Below are positions 1-9,648 of a DNA stretch of 64,000 nt, one piece after another. This stretch comes from Phycisphaerae bacterium (GTDB taxonomy: Bacteria; Planctomycetota; Phycisphaerae; UBA1845; Fen-1342), in NCBI GenBank assembly GCA_963675745.2, contig CAXXWX010000027.1:177985-241984 (forward strand), given 5' to 3'. A program made the translations under genes and the position numbers. How positions within the stretch are numbered: position 1 is the stretch's first letter; every line of letters begins with the position of its first letter. Below the pieces are notes generated by a model, which was given only the letters and a program-made list of their open reading frames with translations, was not told where the DNA came from and did no database searches.

Positions 1-2168
1 ATGACGAAGCCCACCGTGTCATTGACCAGCCGTTCGTGAAGGCGCTGCGCTTCCTTGACCACCACATCCATGCGGCTGTCCAGTTTGCCGAGCTGTGCGC
101 GAATGCGCGCCTGGGCACCACGGCGCGCGCCGCTGTGGTACTCATCGACCAGGTCTGAATACTCCTGACGAAGGGCGGTGTACTGATCCCACTTGGCGGC
201 CAATCCCTGGTTCAGCATCTCGATAAGTTTGCTCTGCGCGATCCCGATCGAAAGCCGGTCCGCGATGTCCAGGTCGCGCTCGAGCTCGCGCAGCTCGCGC
301 GTCTTGCGGTTCTCATTGATTTCAGGGAACTCCTCCATGCGCGCGTCGATCTCGACCAGCATCTGCCGGGCCACATCCCGACTGGCGCGCCACATCGCGT
401 CCGGCGTGCTGAGCGGGGCGCCCATATACTGGTGGTCGGGAAAACGCTCCATCACCGCCAGGTAACCGCCCGCAAGCAGCCCCACATCATCGTCGCGCGC
501 CACGCCGCGGAACTGCTTGGCGGCGTCGGCATAGTCCCCCAGGCGCAGCGTGTTAACGGCTTGCAGCAGCTTGACCTGCGCCTGATACGCGCCGTGCTTC
601 CGCATGAAGCCCTTCCGCACTTCCTCCAGCAGCGGACCAGCTCGCTCCCAGTCGGGGCTGTCGAGCACTTCGGCGATCTCTCGGATCTCGTCGTCCTTGA
701 TATCCAGCCGCTCCACCAGCCGCCGCCCACTGGCGTTGTAGTACGCCCATTCGACAATTCGCAAGTCAACGCGCTCGGCCGCCGCCAGGTTGAGCTCAAG
801 CGGGGCAGCCGACCAGGTTGTTACCGCCTTCACCGGCTTCCCACCCATCTTGCCGCGCAGCCGCTCCCCACTGCGCGTCTCGACGGTGCGCTGGTCGTTC
901 TTGTAGGCGCGAATGGTCTCGATGTCGGATACGGCATAGTGCGCGTCGTCAATCACCACTTCGCCGTCGATATCCGCGACGCTCAGCACGTTCTGATCTG
1001 CGCTGACCACCGCCCCTGTCCCCGAGAGCAGGGGGACCACCTGCGTGCGATATGGGAATGCCAGCACCGAGATGCCGCGCAGCGAGGTGGCCTTCTCTTT
1101 GCCGGCCAATTCAAAACGCAACTCCGCTTCCGCCGCGGCGAAGGTCAGTTGGTCCCCGCCATCCATGATGACCGTCGCCGAATCGCCGTCCACAAACAGG
1201 TAGGCGGCCTGGCTGAACGGTACTTCATAGGTTCCCAGCTCGGTCTCGACAGTCAGCGAATCGGTCAGCAGCTTGGCCTTGCGCACCGTGCCGTCCGGAT
1301 GGTGAATCACCACGGTCTCTTCGTCCGATTCCCGCTCAAAGGTCGGCAGGCGCAGGATGCCGTTCTGATCGAGGAAAATGTCGGCAAACGGAAATATGTC
1401 AGCCTGCTTGGAAATAACCTCCTTCTCGAACGCCGCCTTGAGAAACTGCTTGAGCAGATGGGCCGGCACCGCCCCGGAACGGTCCTTCTCTCCCTGTCTG
1501 AAACGCTTGTGTGTCGCGATACCGATCAACTGCCCGGCCCGGCTGGTCACCGGCCCGCCGCTGTTGCCGGGATGCACCTCGGCGTCCGTCTCGACATAGC
1601 TGATCGCCCCGCTCGTCGTACGCATCAGCTCGGTGACCTCGCCGCGCGTGATCACCACGCCCGTTCCGCGCGCGCCGGCCGCCGGGAACCCCGTGACCTG
1701 GGCTTTCAGCCCTTCGACCAGCATTCCGTCCGGGATCAGCGAGATGAAGTATGGCGTCTTGGGGAATTCGCCGTCCTCGGCCTTGAGCTGGAGAATGGCG
1801 AGGTCGGTGGATTCGACGTGGTGCAGGAGCTCCGCATCCACGCGGTGCTCCTGGTCAGTGCCGGGGTAGACCAGGATGTAGTAATTCGCCTTGGTCATTC
1901 CGTGGCTGGTCATCTGGAGCCGCTCCTGCACTGATTTGCCGTGCATCGCGTCAACCACGTGGTTATTGGTGATAACCAGACCGTTGCGGTTGATGAAGAA
2001 ACCGGTGCCCTGGCCTCCCGTGTTCGAGCCCGGCACTTCGCGTATGACCAGCACCGTTGCGCGCTTTACGCGTTCTCCGATTGAGACCGGCCCCGCGGCG
2101 ACGGCCTGGTCGAGCATGAGCGTCCCCGCCAGCAGCGCCAGGCATTTCACGGTCCATGATCGCTTCAT
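1..2168 (-). CDS. Secreted trypsin-like (S1) serine protease with a long C-terminal extension; runs off the window edge
   Basis: Not in the ORF track; I translated it from the ATG at 2168 (MKRSWTVKCLALLAGTLML..., signal-like). Triad motifs: GTGFFI..TNNHVV, STDLAIL and HPGNSGGP. GGAG lies upstream, and the frame stays open to position 1. Confidence 0.85.
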   Translation of the reverse strand, partial: MKRSWTVKCLALLAGTLMLDQAVAAGPVSIGERVKRATVLVIREVPGSNTGGQGTGFFINRNGLVITNNHVVDAMHGKSVQERLQMTSHGMTKANYYILVYPGTDQEHRVDAELLHHVESTDLAILQLKAEDGEFPKTPYFISLIPDGMLVEGLKAQVTGFPAAGARGTGVVITRGEVTELMRTTSGAISYVETDAEVHPGNSGGPVTSRAGQLIGIATHKRFRQGEKDRSGAVPAHLLKQFLKAAFEKEVISKQADIFPFADIFLDQNGILRLPTFERESDEETVVIHHPDGTVRKAKLLTDSLTVETELGTYEVPFSQAAYLFVDGDSATVIMDGGDQLTFAAAEAELRFELAGKEKATSLRGISVLAFPYRTQVVPLLSGTGAVVSADQNVLSVADIDGEVVIDDAHYAVSDIETIRAYKNDQRTVETRSGERLRGKMGGKPVKAVTTWSAAPLELNLAAAERVDLRIVEWAYYNASGRRLVERLDIKDDEIREIAEVLDSPDWERAGPLLEEVRKGFMRKHGAYQAQVKLLQAVNTLRLGDYADAAKQFRGVARDDDVGLLAGGYLAVMERFPDHQYMGAPLSTPDAMWRASRDVARQMLVEIDARMEEFPEINENRKTRELRELERDLDIADRLSIGIAQSKLIEMLNQGLAAKWDQYTALRQEYSDLVDEYHSGARRGAQARIRAQLGKLDSRMDVVVKEAQRLHERLVNDTVGFV

Positions 2169-2223
2169 CGCTCGTCTCCAACTACGCGTGCGAAACCCCA
2201 AGAAGTGCAACACCATCACCCCG

Positions 2224-2251
2224 ACTTTATAAGACGCCGCCCCGCCGTCAA
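2224..2251 (-). promoter_or_regulatory. Putative sigma70 promoter of the protease gene
   Basis: TTGACG-16 nt-TAAAGT on the minus strand, about 55 nt upstream of the ATG. Confidence 0.4.
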
Positions 2252-2395
2252 GCTGATTCCCGGTGATTGAGCGGGATGGCGCCGGGCATTCGTGGAGACT
2301 TGGCACGGCGGTTGTGTCAAACGTGAGCGAGTTGGATACCGTACGGTGCGCCCCGCTGACCACTCGTGGCGTCCGCGTGCCGGCGGCGGTGCGCA

Positions 2396-2441
2396 TAAAG
2401 GAGCGGTGCCCGGCATGCCTGCCACACGCCGAACACCGCTC
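2396..2441 (-). terminator. Putative intrinsic terminator downstream of the small lipoprotein gene
   Basis: Minus-strand stem GAGCGGTG...CACCGCTC followed by CTTTAT. Confidence 0.4.
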
Positions 2442-2541
2442 TAACCCCCCTAAGCGGCGGCTCTCTCCCCGGCCCCCCCGCGGGCGATCGACGGCTTGTC
2501 AACCGTCGATCCTTGGGCCGGCCCGCGCCGCGGCCGCGAGA

Positions 2542-2739
2542 TTATTCGTCGCCCGTCAAGAGGTCGTAAACCGAGTAGTCATAGCCGTAGGGCGAGAAGT
2601 CCATCGGCTCCACGGTCGGCGTCATGAAGTCGCCGGCTTCGACGTAATCGTCACAGCCGGTGCCGAGCGTCCCAAGCACGATGGCGGCGATAGTGACAAC
2701 CAGCGTAACGACGTTCTTGCGGGTGTTGGTGCGAGTCAC
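2542..2739 (-). CDS. Small (~65 aa) predicted lipoprotein
   Basis: AAGGAG RBS before the GTG at 2739; basic N-terminus, hydrophobic stretch and lipobox-like LGTGC; acidic, Tyr-rich mature part. Confidence 0.65.
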   Translation of the reverse strand: MTRTNTRKNVVTLVVTIAAIVLGTLGTGCDDYVEAGDFMTPTVEPMDFSPYGYDYSVYDLLTGDE

Positions 2740-2995
2740 GGTCAAGCTCCTTTGGTAGGCAAACACTGTTTCACTCTCCCGGGTGACCGCCGCTTGCGTT
2801 CACCTCATGAGAACATTGCCGCCGGAGAGAGGTTTCTGACAAAACCCGCTAAAAAAAGTCCGCCGGGTGGCGTTGGTGGCGTGGCGCGCTGCTCGCGAAA
2901 TGGTGCGGAGAAGCGTATAATCGGCGAATGAACCGCATCATCATGCAGGTTACGTGATGGGCGCGGATCGCCACTCCCTCTCAAGGAGCCCGATT

Positions 2996-5809
2996 GTGGA
3001 CGCTCTAAATGCCCGATTCCATCTATCACTCGCCCTCGCGGCCGCCGCCCTCGCCTCTTTGGCCGTCGCCGGCCAGCACGAAACGCTGCTACGCCGCTAT
3101 GTGCCCATCACGGCGTACGAAGACTACAGCGATGCGGTCAGCGTTGACGCGAACCGCCGCTATACCTACATGGATGTCGAAGACACGCACATCAGCGCCG
3201 CGACCCCCGACCTGAACTTCGGCCACAGTCCGCAACTGGTGATCAGCGACGGCGCGCGCGATCGAATCCTGATCGCGTTCGAGCAGCTTTATCGCGCCTT
3301 AACCGTCGGCAGCGAGGTCACCGATGTTGAGCTGATCCTGGTACCCGCCGCCGATCTCGATCTTGACGCCGTCGTCGAGCTGCATCGCGTATTGCTCCCT
3401 TGGCGTGATGGCGGCGGTACGGGTACGCGCCTGGTCGGGGCGGTCACCTACAACGACCGTTTCGCCGCCGAACCCAGGTTTCGTCGCGCCTGGACAACGC
3501 CCGGCGGCGATGCGGATCGCGCGGAACAGCCCAGCTTGCGCGGCAGGCTGCGCGACTTCTTCGACGCTGATACCGGCCGCCTGGTCCTCTCGGGACCGGG
3601 GCTCGTCGATGACGTCAAGCTCTGGCGAGGGCGACACTATCGCAACTATGGTTGGGCAATCTCGATCGCCGACGCACCGACGACCGAAGAGGGCAAGGCG
3701 CGTCCGCCGCTGGCGTTCCACTCGTCCGACGTGCTCGAAGAAGCACACCGGCCGGCGTTGCGTGTGGTCTATGTGGACAAACCCCTGGTGAAGCCCGCGC
3801 TGCCCGACCTGGACGTCACCTTCATCGAGCGTACGCCACGTTACTACCGCTACAACGATAACGGCCGCACCAGTTACGTGCGCCAGGACTTCCACGGCGA
3901 CACACCCGGCATCATGCTGCATCCGGACTATGAGCGGTATCAGAAGCACCCCGAACCAGGTGACTTGGTTGTATTCATCGCGCACATCAAGAACGCCAGC
4001 GACGTCCCGTTCTCCGGGCCGCTGACCTACCACTGGCGGATCAATGAGCGGGTGGTGAAGCAACGTGCGTCAAACGCCGCCGGCACTGAGGATGGTGTGA
4101 CCGCCGAGCCGGTGACGGTGACAATTGCACCCTGGGACGAGATCACGACGCGACTCGAGTGGGAATGGGATGTTGATCTCGCCGATCCGCGCAAGGTCGT
4201 GCTCGAGTTCGAGGTTGATCCCGAGGGCGCGATCGCGGAGATCACCGAGAATAACAACGCGCTGACGAAATACGTCGCCGGCCGCACGTTGAAGTACTGG
4301 GTGGAGCGAAGTGTGTACGAATACGTGAAGGACTACGTCTCCTGCTGGGGTTCGTATTCATTCGAGGACTATTTGCAGTGGCACGTCGATGTATGGAACG
4401 AGACGTATTTCTGCAAGTCGCGCTTTGACGATTTCGCGCCGGACGGCGGACTGCCGCGCGTCACGCTCGATGATTTCGAGATTGTGCCGGACGGTGTCCT
4501 TCAAGGCGGCATCCACCGCCCTGAGGACGAACTTGACCCCCGTTTTGACGGAGAATGGGGCACGACCTGGGCCAAGGTGCGCGAACCCGACAAGACCGAT
4601 GAACAGTTGCGCGACTACTACTGGTTTCTCCAGCGCCACCGCGTCGTGCTCGAGCCCTCGCTGCTCCACGAATGTTCGCACCAGGTCTGGGGGGCGTACG
4701 ACATTTACTGGTCCAACATTGAGCCCTCCGAACCCACGAAGCCGGTCGGCAAGTGCAAAATCACCGACGAGACCGGCAATTATATCACGCGCGGCGGTTT
4801 CTATGTCTTCACCGGACTGATGGGCGGCGGCGATACGCGGCCCACGCCCGAGTATTCACAGGGAACCGGGCTTTACGCCGCCAACTCCATCGGCGGCGCA
4901 AACGCCAACACGCCTTTCCGCAACGGGTTCTTTGGCGAATGGCAGTATGACCTGCCCGAAAAGTGCTTCCTGAAGATCACCTCGCGTGACGGTGTGCCCC
5001 TGGCCGGAGCCAAGGTCTCGGCCTGGCAGCAGACCTGGAAGGGAATCCTCGACGAGAATCTGGTCTTTGAAGACCTCGCGGTTGATTCGGACGGCATCCT
5101 CCTGTTGCCTGATCAGGACTCGCTCGAGTCCGAAGACCGCACCACGGTGACCGGGCACACTCTCCGCAAAGCCAACCCCTGGGGGCGCATCGACGTGGTT
5201 GGTCAAAACGTCACGCTGATGCTGCGCGTAGACTATCAAAACCAGCGCGATTATCAGCTTGTGCGGGTCACCAGCTTTAACCGGGCGTTCTGGATGGGGC
5301 ATCATGACCAATGGACTCACCCCCTGCCGTGCCGAATCTCGCCAGCGCCAGACATCGACTTGAACACCAATGTCGCCGTCGGTGCGACGGTGCGCGCATC
5401 GCAGGAGTCAGCCGACGCAGCGCTGCTCGTCGATGACCAGGTCGAGACACATTGGCGCTCAAGGGGCGCCAACGCCGGCGACTACATTGAGATTGTCCTT
5501 GCGCAACCCAGGAATGTCGGCATCGTCCGGCTGGTGCAGGACGGGGCCAACCCGGCCGACTTCTTCGGGCGATTTGTGATCACAACCAAGCCTGACGCGA
5601 GCCCTGGCACGCCTTCTCAACCGTTCGATGAGCAAGGTCCGATACGATTCAACTACGCGATGTCGTTCGAGAAGGATGTCAGTCCGACACGGCCCAGCGA
5701 GCGATGGGTCACTTATGCCGCTACGCCTCGAACAGCCCAGGTGATCCGAATAGAAGCAGTCGAACCCGGTCCGACAGATCTTAGCGAGGTGCGCGTCTTC
5801 GCCAGGTGA
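2996..5809 (+). CDS. Large secreted multidomain protein (DNRLRE-like + CARDB-like + HExxH metallopeptidase-like + F5/8-type-C-like)
   Basis: AAGGAG before the GTG at 2996; TATAAT at 2916-2921; signal peptide; EDTHIS..PDLNFG (DNRLRE-like); PDLDV...VDPEGAIAEITENNN (CARDB-like); LLHECSH zinc motif; NVAVGATVRAS..LVDD..THW (discoidin-like). Confidence 0.7.
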   Translation: MDALNARFHLSLALAAAALASLAVAGQHETLLRRYVPITAYEDYSDAVSVDANRRYTYMDVEDTHISAATPDLNFGHSPQLVISDGARDRILIAFEQLYRALTVGSEVTDVELILVPAADLDLDAVVELHRVLLPWRDGGGTGTRLVGAVTYNDRFAAEPRFRRAWTTPGGDADRAEQPSLRGRLRDFFDADTGRLVLSGPGLVDDVKLWRGRHYRNYGWAISIADAPTTEEGKARPPLAFHSSDVLEEAHRPALRVVYVDKPLVKPALPDLDVTFIERTPRYYRYNDNGRTSYVRQDFHGDTPGIMLHPDYERYQKHPEPGDLVVFIAHIKNASDVPFSGPLTYHWRINERVVKQRASNAAGTEDGVTAEPVTVTIAPWDEITTRLEWEWDVDLADPRKVVLEFEVDPEGAIAEITENNNALTKYVAGRTLKYWVERSVYEYVKDYVSCWGSYSFEDYLQWHVDVWNETYFCKSRFDDFAPDGGLPRVTLDDFEIVPDGVLQGGIHRPEDELDPRFDGEWGTTWAKVREPDKTDEQLRDYYWFLQRHRVVLEPSLLHECSHQVWGAYDIYWSNIEPSEPTKPVGKCKITDETGNYITRGGFYVFTGLMGGGDTRPTPEYSQGTGLYAANSIGGANANTPFRNGFFGEWQYDLPEKCFLKITSRDGVPLAGAKVSAWQQTWKGILDENLVFEDLAVDSDGILLLPDQDSLESEDRTTVTGHTLRKANPWGRIDVVGQNVTLMLRVDYQNQRDYQLVRVTSFNRAFWMGHHDQWTHPLPCRISPAPDIDLNTNVAVGATVRASQESADAALLVDDQVETHWRSRGANAGDYIEIVLAQPRNVGIVRLVQDGANPADFFGRFVITTKPDASPGTPSQPFDEQGPIRFNYAMSFEKDVSPTRPSERWVTYAATPRTAQVIRIEAVEPGPTDLSEVRVFAR

Positions 5810-5854
5810 CGCCGGGAGTCCGCACGGAGAAACCGGCGGCAATCAGAGACCGGC

Positions 5855-5884
5855 TTGACGCGATCTATACGCAACTGGTACCAT
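5855..5884 (+). promoter_or_regulatory. Putative sigma70 promoter of the PEP-CTERM gene
   Basis: TTGACG-18 nt-TACCAT with an extended -10 TG. Confidence 0.4.
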
Positions 5885-6165
5885 CAAGTTCGTGTTGTTG
5901 TCCAAGGACAGGCTCGCACACCGGCCCTGCTCTTGCTGACGGTGGGAGTGAGAAGCAACTTCATCCCTCGCCCAGCCATGGTGCGCCGGTTCGTGGCGCG
6001 CTTGCGGTTCATGCGCGCACGCGTGATCCTGACCGGCCGTTGAGGACGCCGGTTGGCGCCCCGAACAACACTTGGAAGAGATGGAGACCCGCGGGTTGGC
6101 CATGCCGTGTCGTGCGCGTCGCCCGACTCCAAACCGCGGACGGCTTAGCTTCGGGAGGAGCAATT

Positions 6166-6779
6166 ATGAGGAGAGCGTTATTGGTTCTGACAGCGGCCGC
6201 GCTGATCGCGCCGCTGGCAATGGCGGATGATCTCAATCCGCCGGCGTGGCGTGGAGCGCCGGGCTCCACGTTCCAACACTGGAATTTCGACAATGGCCCA
6301 TACAGCCAGCCGATCGCCCCGGATATGGTTGACAATCCCTACGGAAGCCCCGCTGCTTGATTCCGCGTATGGGGACTACGAAGTGCTGCCCAGCTACGGT
6401 GGACGCGACGGGGTTCTTCAACGCGTTCTACGATTGGGAAGAGATCGAGCTCTTCATCCCGAATCAGCCCATCGAGAACGACTACAAGGAAATCATCCTG
6501 CAAGTCGTCTGGCATTGGGATGGACCGCCCGGCTACTCCTGGGAGCCGCAAGGGACAATCATTGATTCAGATCTCAGTGTGCCGCTGGGAGATGACTGGT
6601 ACTATGATTACATCCACTACCGTTACGACTACAATCCCGACTGCGAAACCCTCACACTCACCAACGACTTTGGTGACCTTTACATCGATCAGATTGTGAT
6701 CGATACGATCTGTGCCCCCGAGCCGGCCTCGCTTAGCCTGCTCGCGCTGGCGGGCCTGCTGATCATGCGGCGCCGCTAG
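6166..6779 (+). CDS. PEP-CTERM sorting-domain protein, broken by two apparent +1 frameshifts (~6348, ~6413)
   Basis: GGAGGAG RBS; signal peptide MRRALLVLTAAALIAPLAMA; C-terminus APEPASLSLLALAGLLIMRRR. The protein is continuous across ORF frames 5806, 6227 and 6357. Confidence 0.85.
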
Positions 6780-6806
6780 ACATTCGTTTGTCGTAATCAG
6801 CAAACC

Positions 6807-6838
6807 ACAAGGGCCGTCCACCTCGGGCGGCCCTTTGT
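6807..6838 (+). terminator. Intrinsic terminator after the PEP-CTERM gene
   Basis: ACAAGGGCCGTCC-acctc-GGGCGGCCCTTTGT. Confidence 0.7.
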
Positions 6839-7237
6839 CGCTGGTCTCCAGCGTGCTCTCAGTGGTTGTGAGCACATTGGCACCGAACGTTATAGGACTC
6901 CCCGCTCTCCTCGACTTCATAAACGCCGGGCTTCCGCACGACTCCCTTTTCGCCCTCGTGCTTGACGTGCGCACTCCAGGGGGGTTAACTTAGCGTAAGC
7001 GGCGGTTTCTGAGCTTCCCCAAGCGGGAATCTAGATATCGCCGGTCGAGCCATGGGGATGTGGGATGGGTGCATAACTTCTGGCCAGCGGCGGCGCGACC
7101 CTGTTTCAGACGCGGGGAGGTTCTGAGTGCGCCGCTTCCACGCCGCCGTGCAGGTGAGTTGCGAAGACTGGCGCCGCCAATTACGGCGGCGGATCTGCCA
7201 ATAACGGAGCGGACCGGCTCCACGCGAGGAGAATCCG

Positions 7238-9604
7238 ATGTCAGGGAACTGCGTCAATCTGATCGTCACCGCTGCACTTGTCGTGTCAACCGCCGCCGCG
7301 GGGTACAACATCGATCTGGGCGATATTGCGATCGGAGGTGATGGCACCGGTTCCGCAGTCGACGGGAGCGGCGTGAAGGTCGTGACCGGACAGACTCCTG
7401 GATCCCCTGACGCCCGGCGGTCGCACCACCGGCGGGCCTCTGTTCACGGCGACCGATGGCACAGGACGGGGCGGTCGACTTTCCATTCGTCGACGGTGTG
7501 TTCATTCCTAATGGGACGACGCAGATCCAGAGTGATGGCTCCGCATTCGACTTTCCCAACACGGCTGGTGACACTTGGGACGCTATCCGCGGCGCCGCCG
7601 CGCTCTACGCCGAAACGACTAATTCAGTCCGCCCCATCCAACTGGCTGACCAACCGGATGTTGACCGGCGCGGGCTCGGGATGCACTCCAACACCGGCAT
7701 CACATTTGACCTCGAGGCCTTGCGCGATGCCGGGCACAAGTTCAACCGATTCGTCGGGGTCGGCGGCATCAACTTCACAGCCTCAGGCAACTCGGGCACC
7801 GATTTCACACTCCGGGTTCTGGTCGACGGGGAGGTCCGCTATCAACAGGCATTCCGCAATTCTGCGAACCAATGTTGATGAGATCGAGGTGTGGATCGTT
7901 GAGGCAGACCGCTTCCTGACGCTCGCGGTGACCGACCTCGACCGCTCAAACAGCGGCGATCATGCGGCAATCGCGGACGCCGCCCTGCTGACGGTCGAAC
8001 AGCTCGACCTTGGCGACATTGCGGCCGGTGGTGATGGCTATGGCGCCGCGACCGACGGACTCGGCCTGCACATCGCAACGGGGCAAATCGTGGACCCGGA
8101 CACGTTCGGAGGCGCTACGTCCGGTGGACCTCTGTTCACGGCCACCGACGGCACGGGGGGAGCTGTCGATTTTCCGCTTGTTGATGGTGTGTTCCTCCCG
8201 AACGGGACAACGCAGATCCGCACAGACGGGTCAACCTTCGACTTTCCCGCCACGGATGGCAACAACTGGGACGCGATCCGCAACGCCGCCGCGCATTATG
8301 GCTTCACAACCCCGGAGTTGCAGCCGATCCAGCTTGCCGATCAGCCGGGCGTCGACCGGCGTGGACTTGGCATACACGCCAACGCCGGCATCACGTTTGA
8401 TCTCGAGGCCATACGCAACACCGGACACTATGTGAACCAATTCACCGGCGTCGCCGGCATCAACTTCACGGCCGTAGACGGCCCGTACGCGGACTTTACT
8501 GTCTGGGTCCTGCTGGACGGCGAAGTACGCTACGAGCAATCGTTCAGTTGGGATGGACTGACATACGAGGCGTTTTCGGTGCCGATCATGGAATCTGACG
8601 AGTTCCTGACCATCGCGACGACCGACTTCAACGCCTGGTTTCACACGGATCAAGCCGCGATCGCCGACGCCACACTGCGAAAGATCGACCTTGCGTCGTG
8701 CTGTCTGCCAGGCCAGGTATGCCAGGTCTTGGATGAGGCGACCTGCATCGACCAGGGCGGCTACTGGCTCCCTAATGTGCCGAACTGCGACGACAACCCC
8801 TGCGCGGCTATCTACTACGCACCCGGTGAGGCCAACGCCTGGGACAACACCGCACCGATGATTCCCCAGGGCGATGGTACACATCATTACGAAGTCGTCG
8901 GGTTTGTTGACCCATCGCCGGCAACCAGTCTCTTTGACATTCTAAGCGTTGCGGGTGATTGGGGCTCGACGATCTACCCGTTCGGCTTCCAGTGGCTGAC
9001 TCTTGACGCGAACGGAGACAACACACTGATCCTGGACACCAACACCTATGCGGATGGTTGGATGCCCGAGACAAACCGTGTGAAGGTGGCCTACGAGCCC
9101 GCCACGTTCTGGACCGCGATCGGCGACTGGCAATCGCAGATCGGTGGCTATGACTGGGACAACGCCAACCCGAACACCGCAATGACTCACGAGGTCGATG
9201 GCATTTACTATCTCGATGCAGCGCTGGCCCCCGGCGACTACGAATACCAGGCCGTCGTAACCGGCACGTGGGATGGCATCGGCACCAACAGCCGTAACGT
9301 CAACACGGATAGCCTCCCCTTCAACGTCCCAGGTACGGGCGGTGTGGTGAACATGTGGGTGGATGTGATCGAGGGCACCATCAAGGTCGAGGTCGTTCCC
9401 TACTGTATGGCGCCCGGTGATTCGAACTGTGATGGCTACGTCAACAGCGGAGACATAGACCCGTTCGTCATAGCGCTGACGCAAGACCAAGCCGATTGGG
9501 AAGCGCTCTACGACTGCGACTTCCTGTGCGCGAACGATGTAAACGGCGACGGCTTTGTTACCAGCGGCGACATCGACCCGTTTGTCCTGCTGCTCGGACG
9601 GTAG
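7238..9604 (+). CDS. Secreted protein with two tandem NPCBM-like domains, a Cys-rich repeat, a carbohydrate-binding-like region and a C-terminal dockerin/EF-hand-like domain; three compensating +1 frameshifts in repeat 1
   Basis: Repeat DLGDI.IGGDG...GLG.H.N.GITFDL...VLLDGEVRY occurs twice; repeat 1 is read partly in ORF 7456..7878. Also SCCLPGQVC...C..C and GDSNCDG.VNSGDIDPFV / NDVNGDG.VTSGDIDPFV. Confidence 0.75.
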   Translation: MSGNCVNLIVTAALVVSTAAAGYNIDLGDIAIGGDGTGSAVDGSGVKVVTGQTPGSPDARRSHHRRASVHGDRWHRTGRSTFHSSTVCSFLMGRRRSRVMAPHSTFPTRLVTLGTLSAAPPRSTPKRLIQSAPSNWLTNRMLTGAGSGCTPTPASHLTSRPCAMPGTSSTDSSGSAASTSQPQATRAPISHSGFWSTGRSAINRHSAILRTNVDEIEVWIVEADRFLTLAVTDLDRSNSGDHAAIADAALLTVEQLDLGDIAAGGDGYGAATDGLGLHIATGQIVDPDTFGGATSGGPLFTATDGTGGAVDFPLVDGVFLPNGTTQIRTDGSTFDFPATDGNNWDAIRNAAAHYGFTTPELQPIQLADQPGVDRRGLGIHANAGITFDLEAIRNTGHYVNQFTGVAGINFTAVDGPYADFTVWVLLDGEVRYEQSFSWDGLTYEAFSVPIMESDEFLTIATTDFNAWFHTDQAAIADATLRKIDLASCCLPGQVCQVLDEATCIDQGGYWLPNVPNCDDNPCAAIYYAPGEANAWDNTAPMIPQGDGTHHYEVVGFVDPSPATSLFDILSVAGDWGSTIYPFGFQWLTLDANGDNTLILDTNTYADGWMPETNRVKVAYEPATFWTAIGDWQSQIGGYDWDNANPNTAMTHEVDGIYYLDAALAPGDYEYQAVVTGTWDGIGTNSRNVNTDSLPFNVPGTGGVVNMWVDVIEGTIKVEVVPYCMAPGDSNCDGYVNSGDIDPFVIALTQDQADWEALYDCDFLCANDVNGDGFVTSGDIDPFVLLLGR

Positions 9605-9648
9605 CCTGCGCGCAACCGCGCACTCCGCGGTGTTCGCCGTTGGCGAGT

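Noticed and set aside
432..1934. 500-aa plus-strand ORF and similar long antisense ORFs (e.g. 17756..19105, 45672..47000, 57562..58992, 62647..63714)
   Set aside because: These are shadow frames of well-supported genes on the opposite strand, expected at high GC
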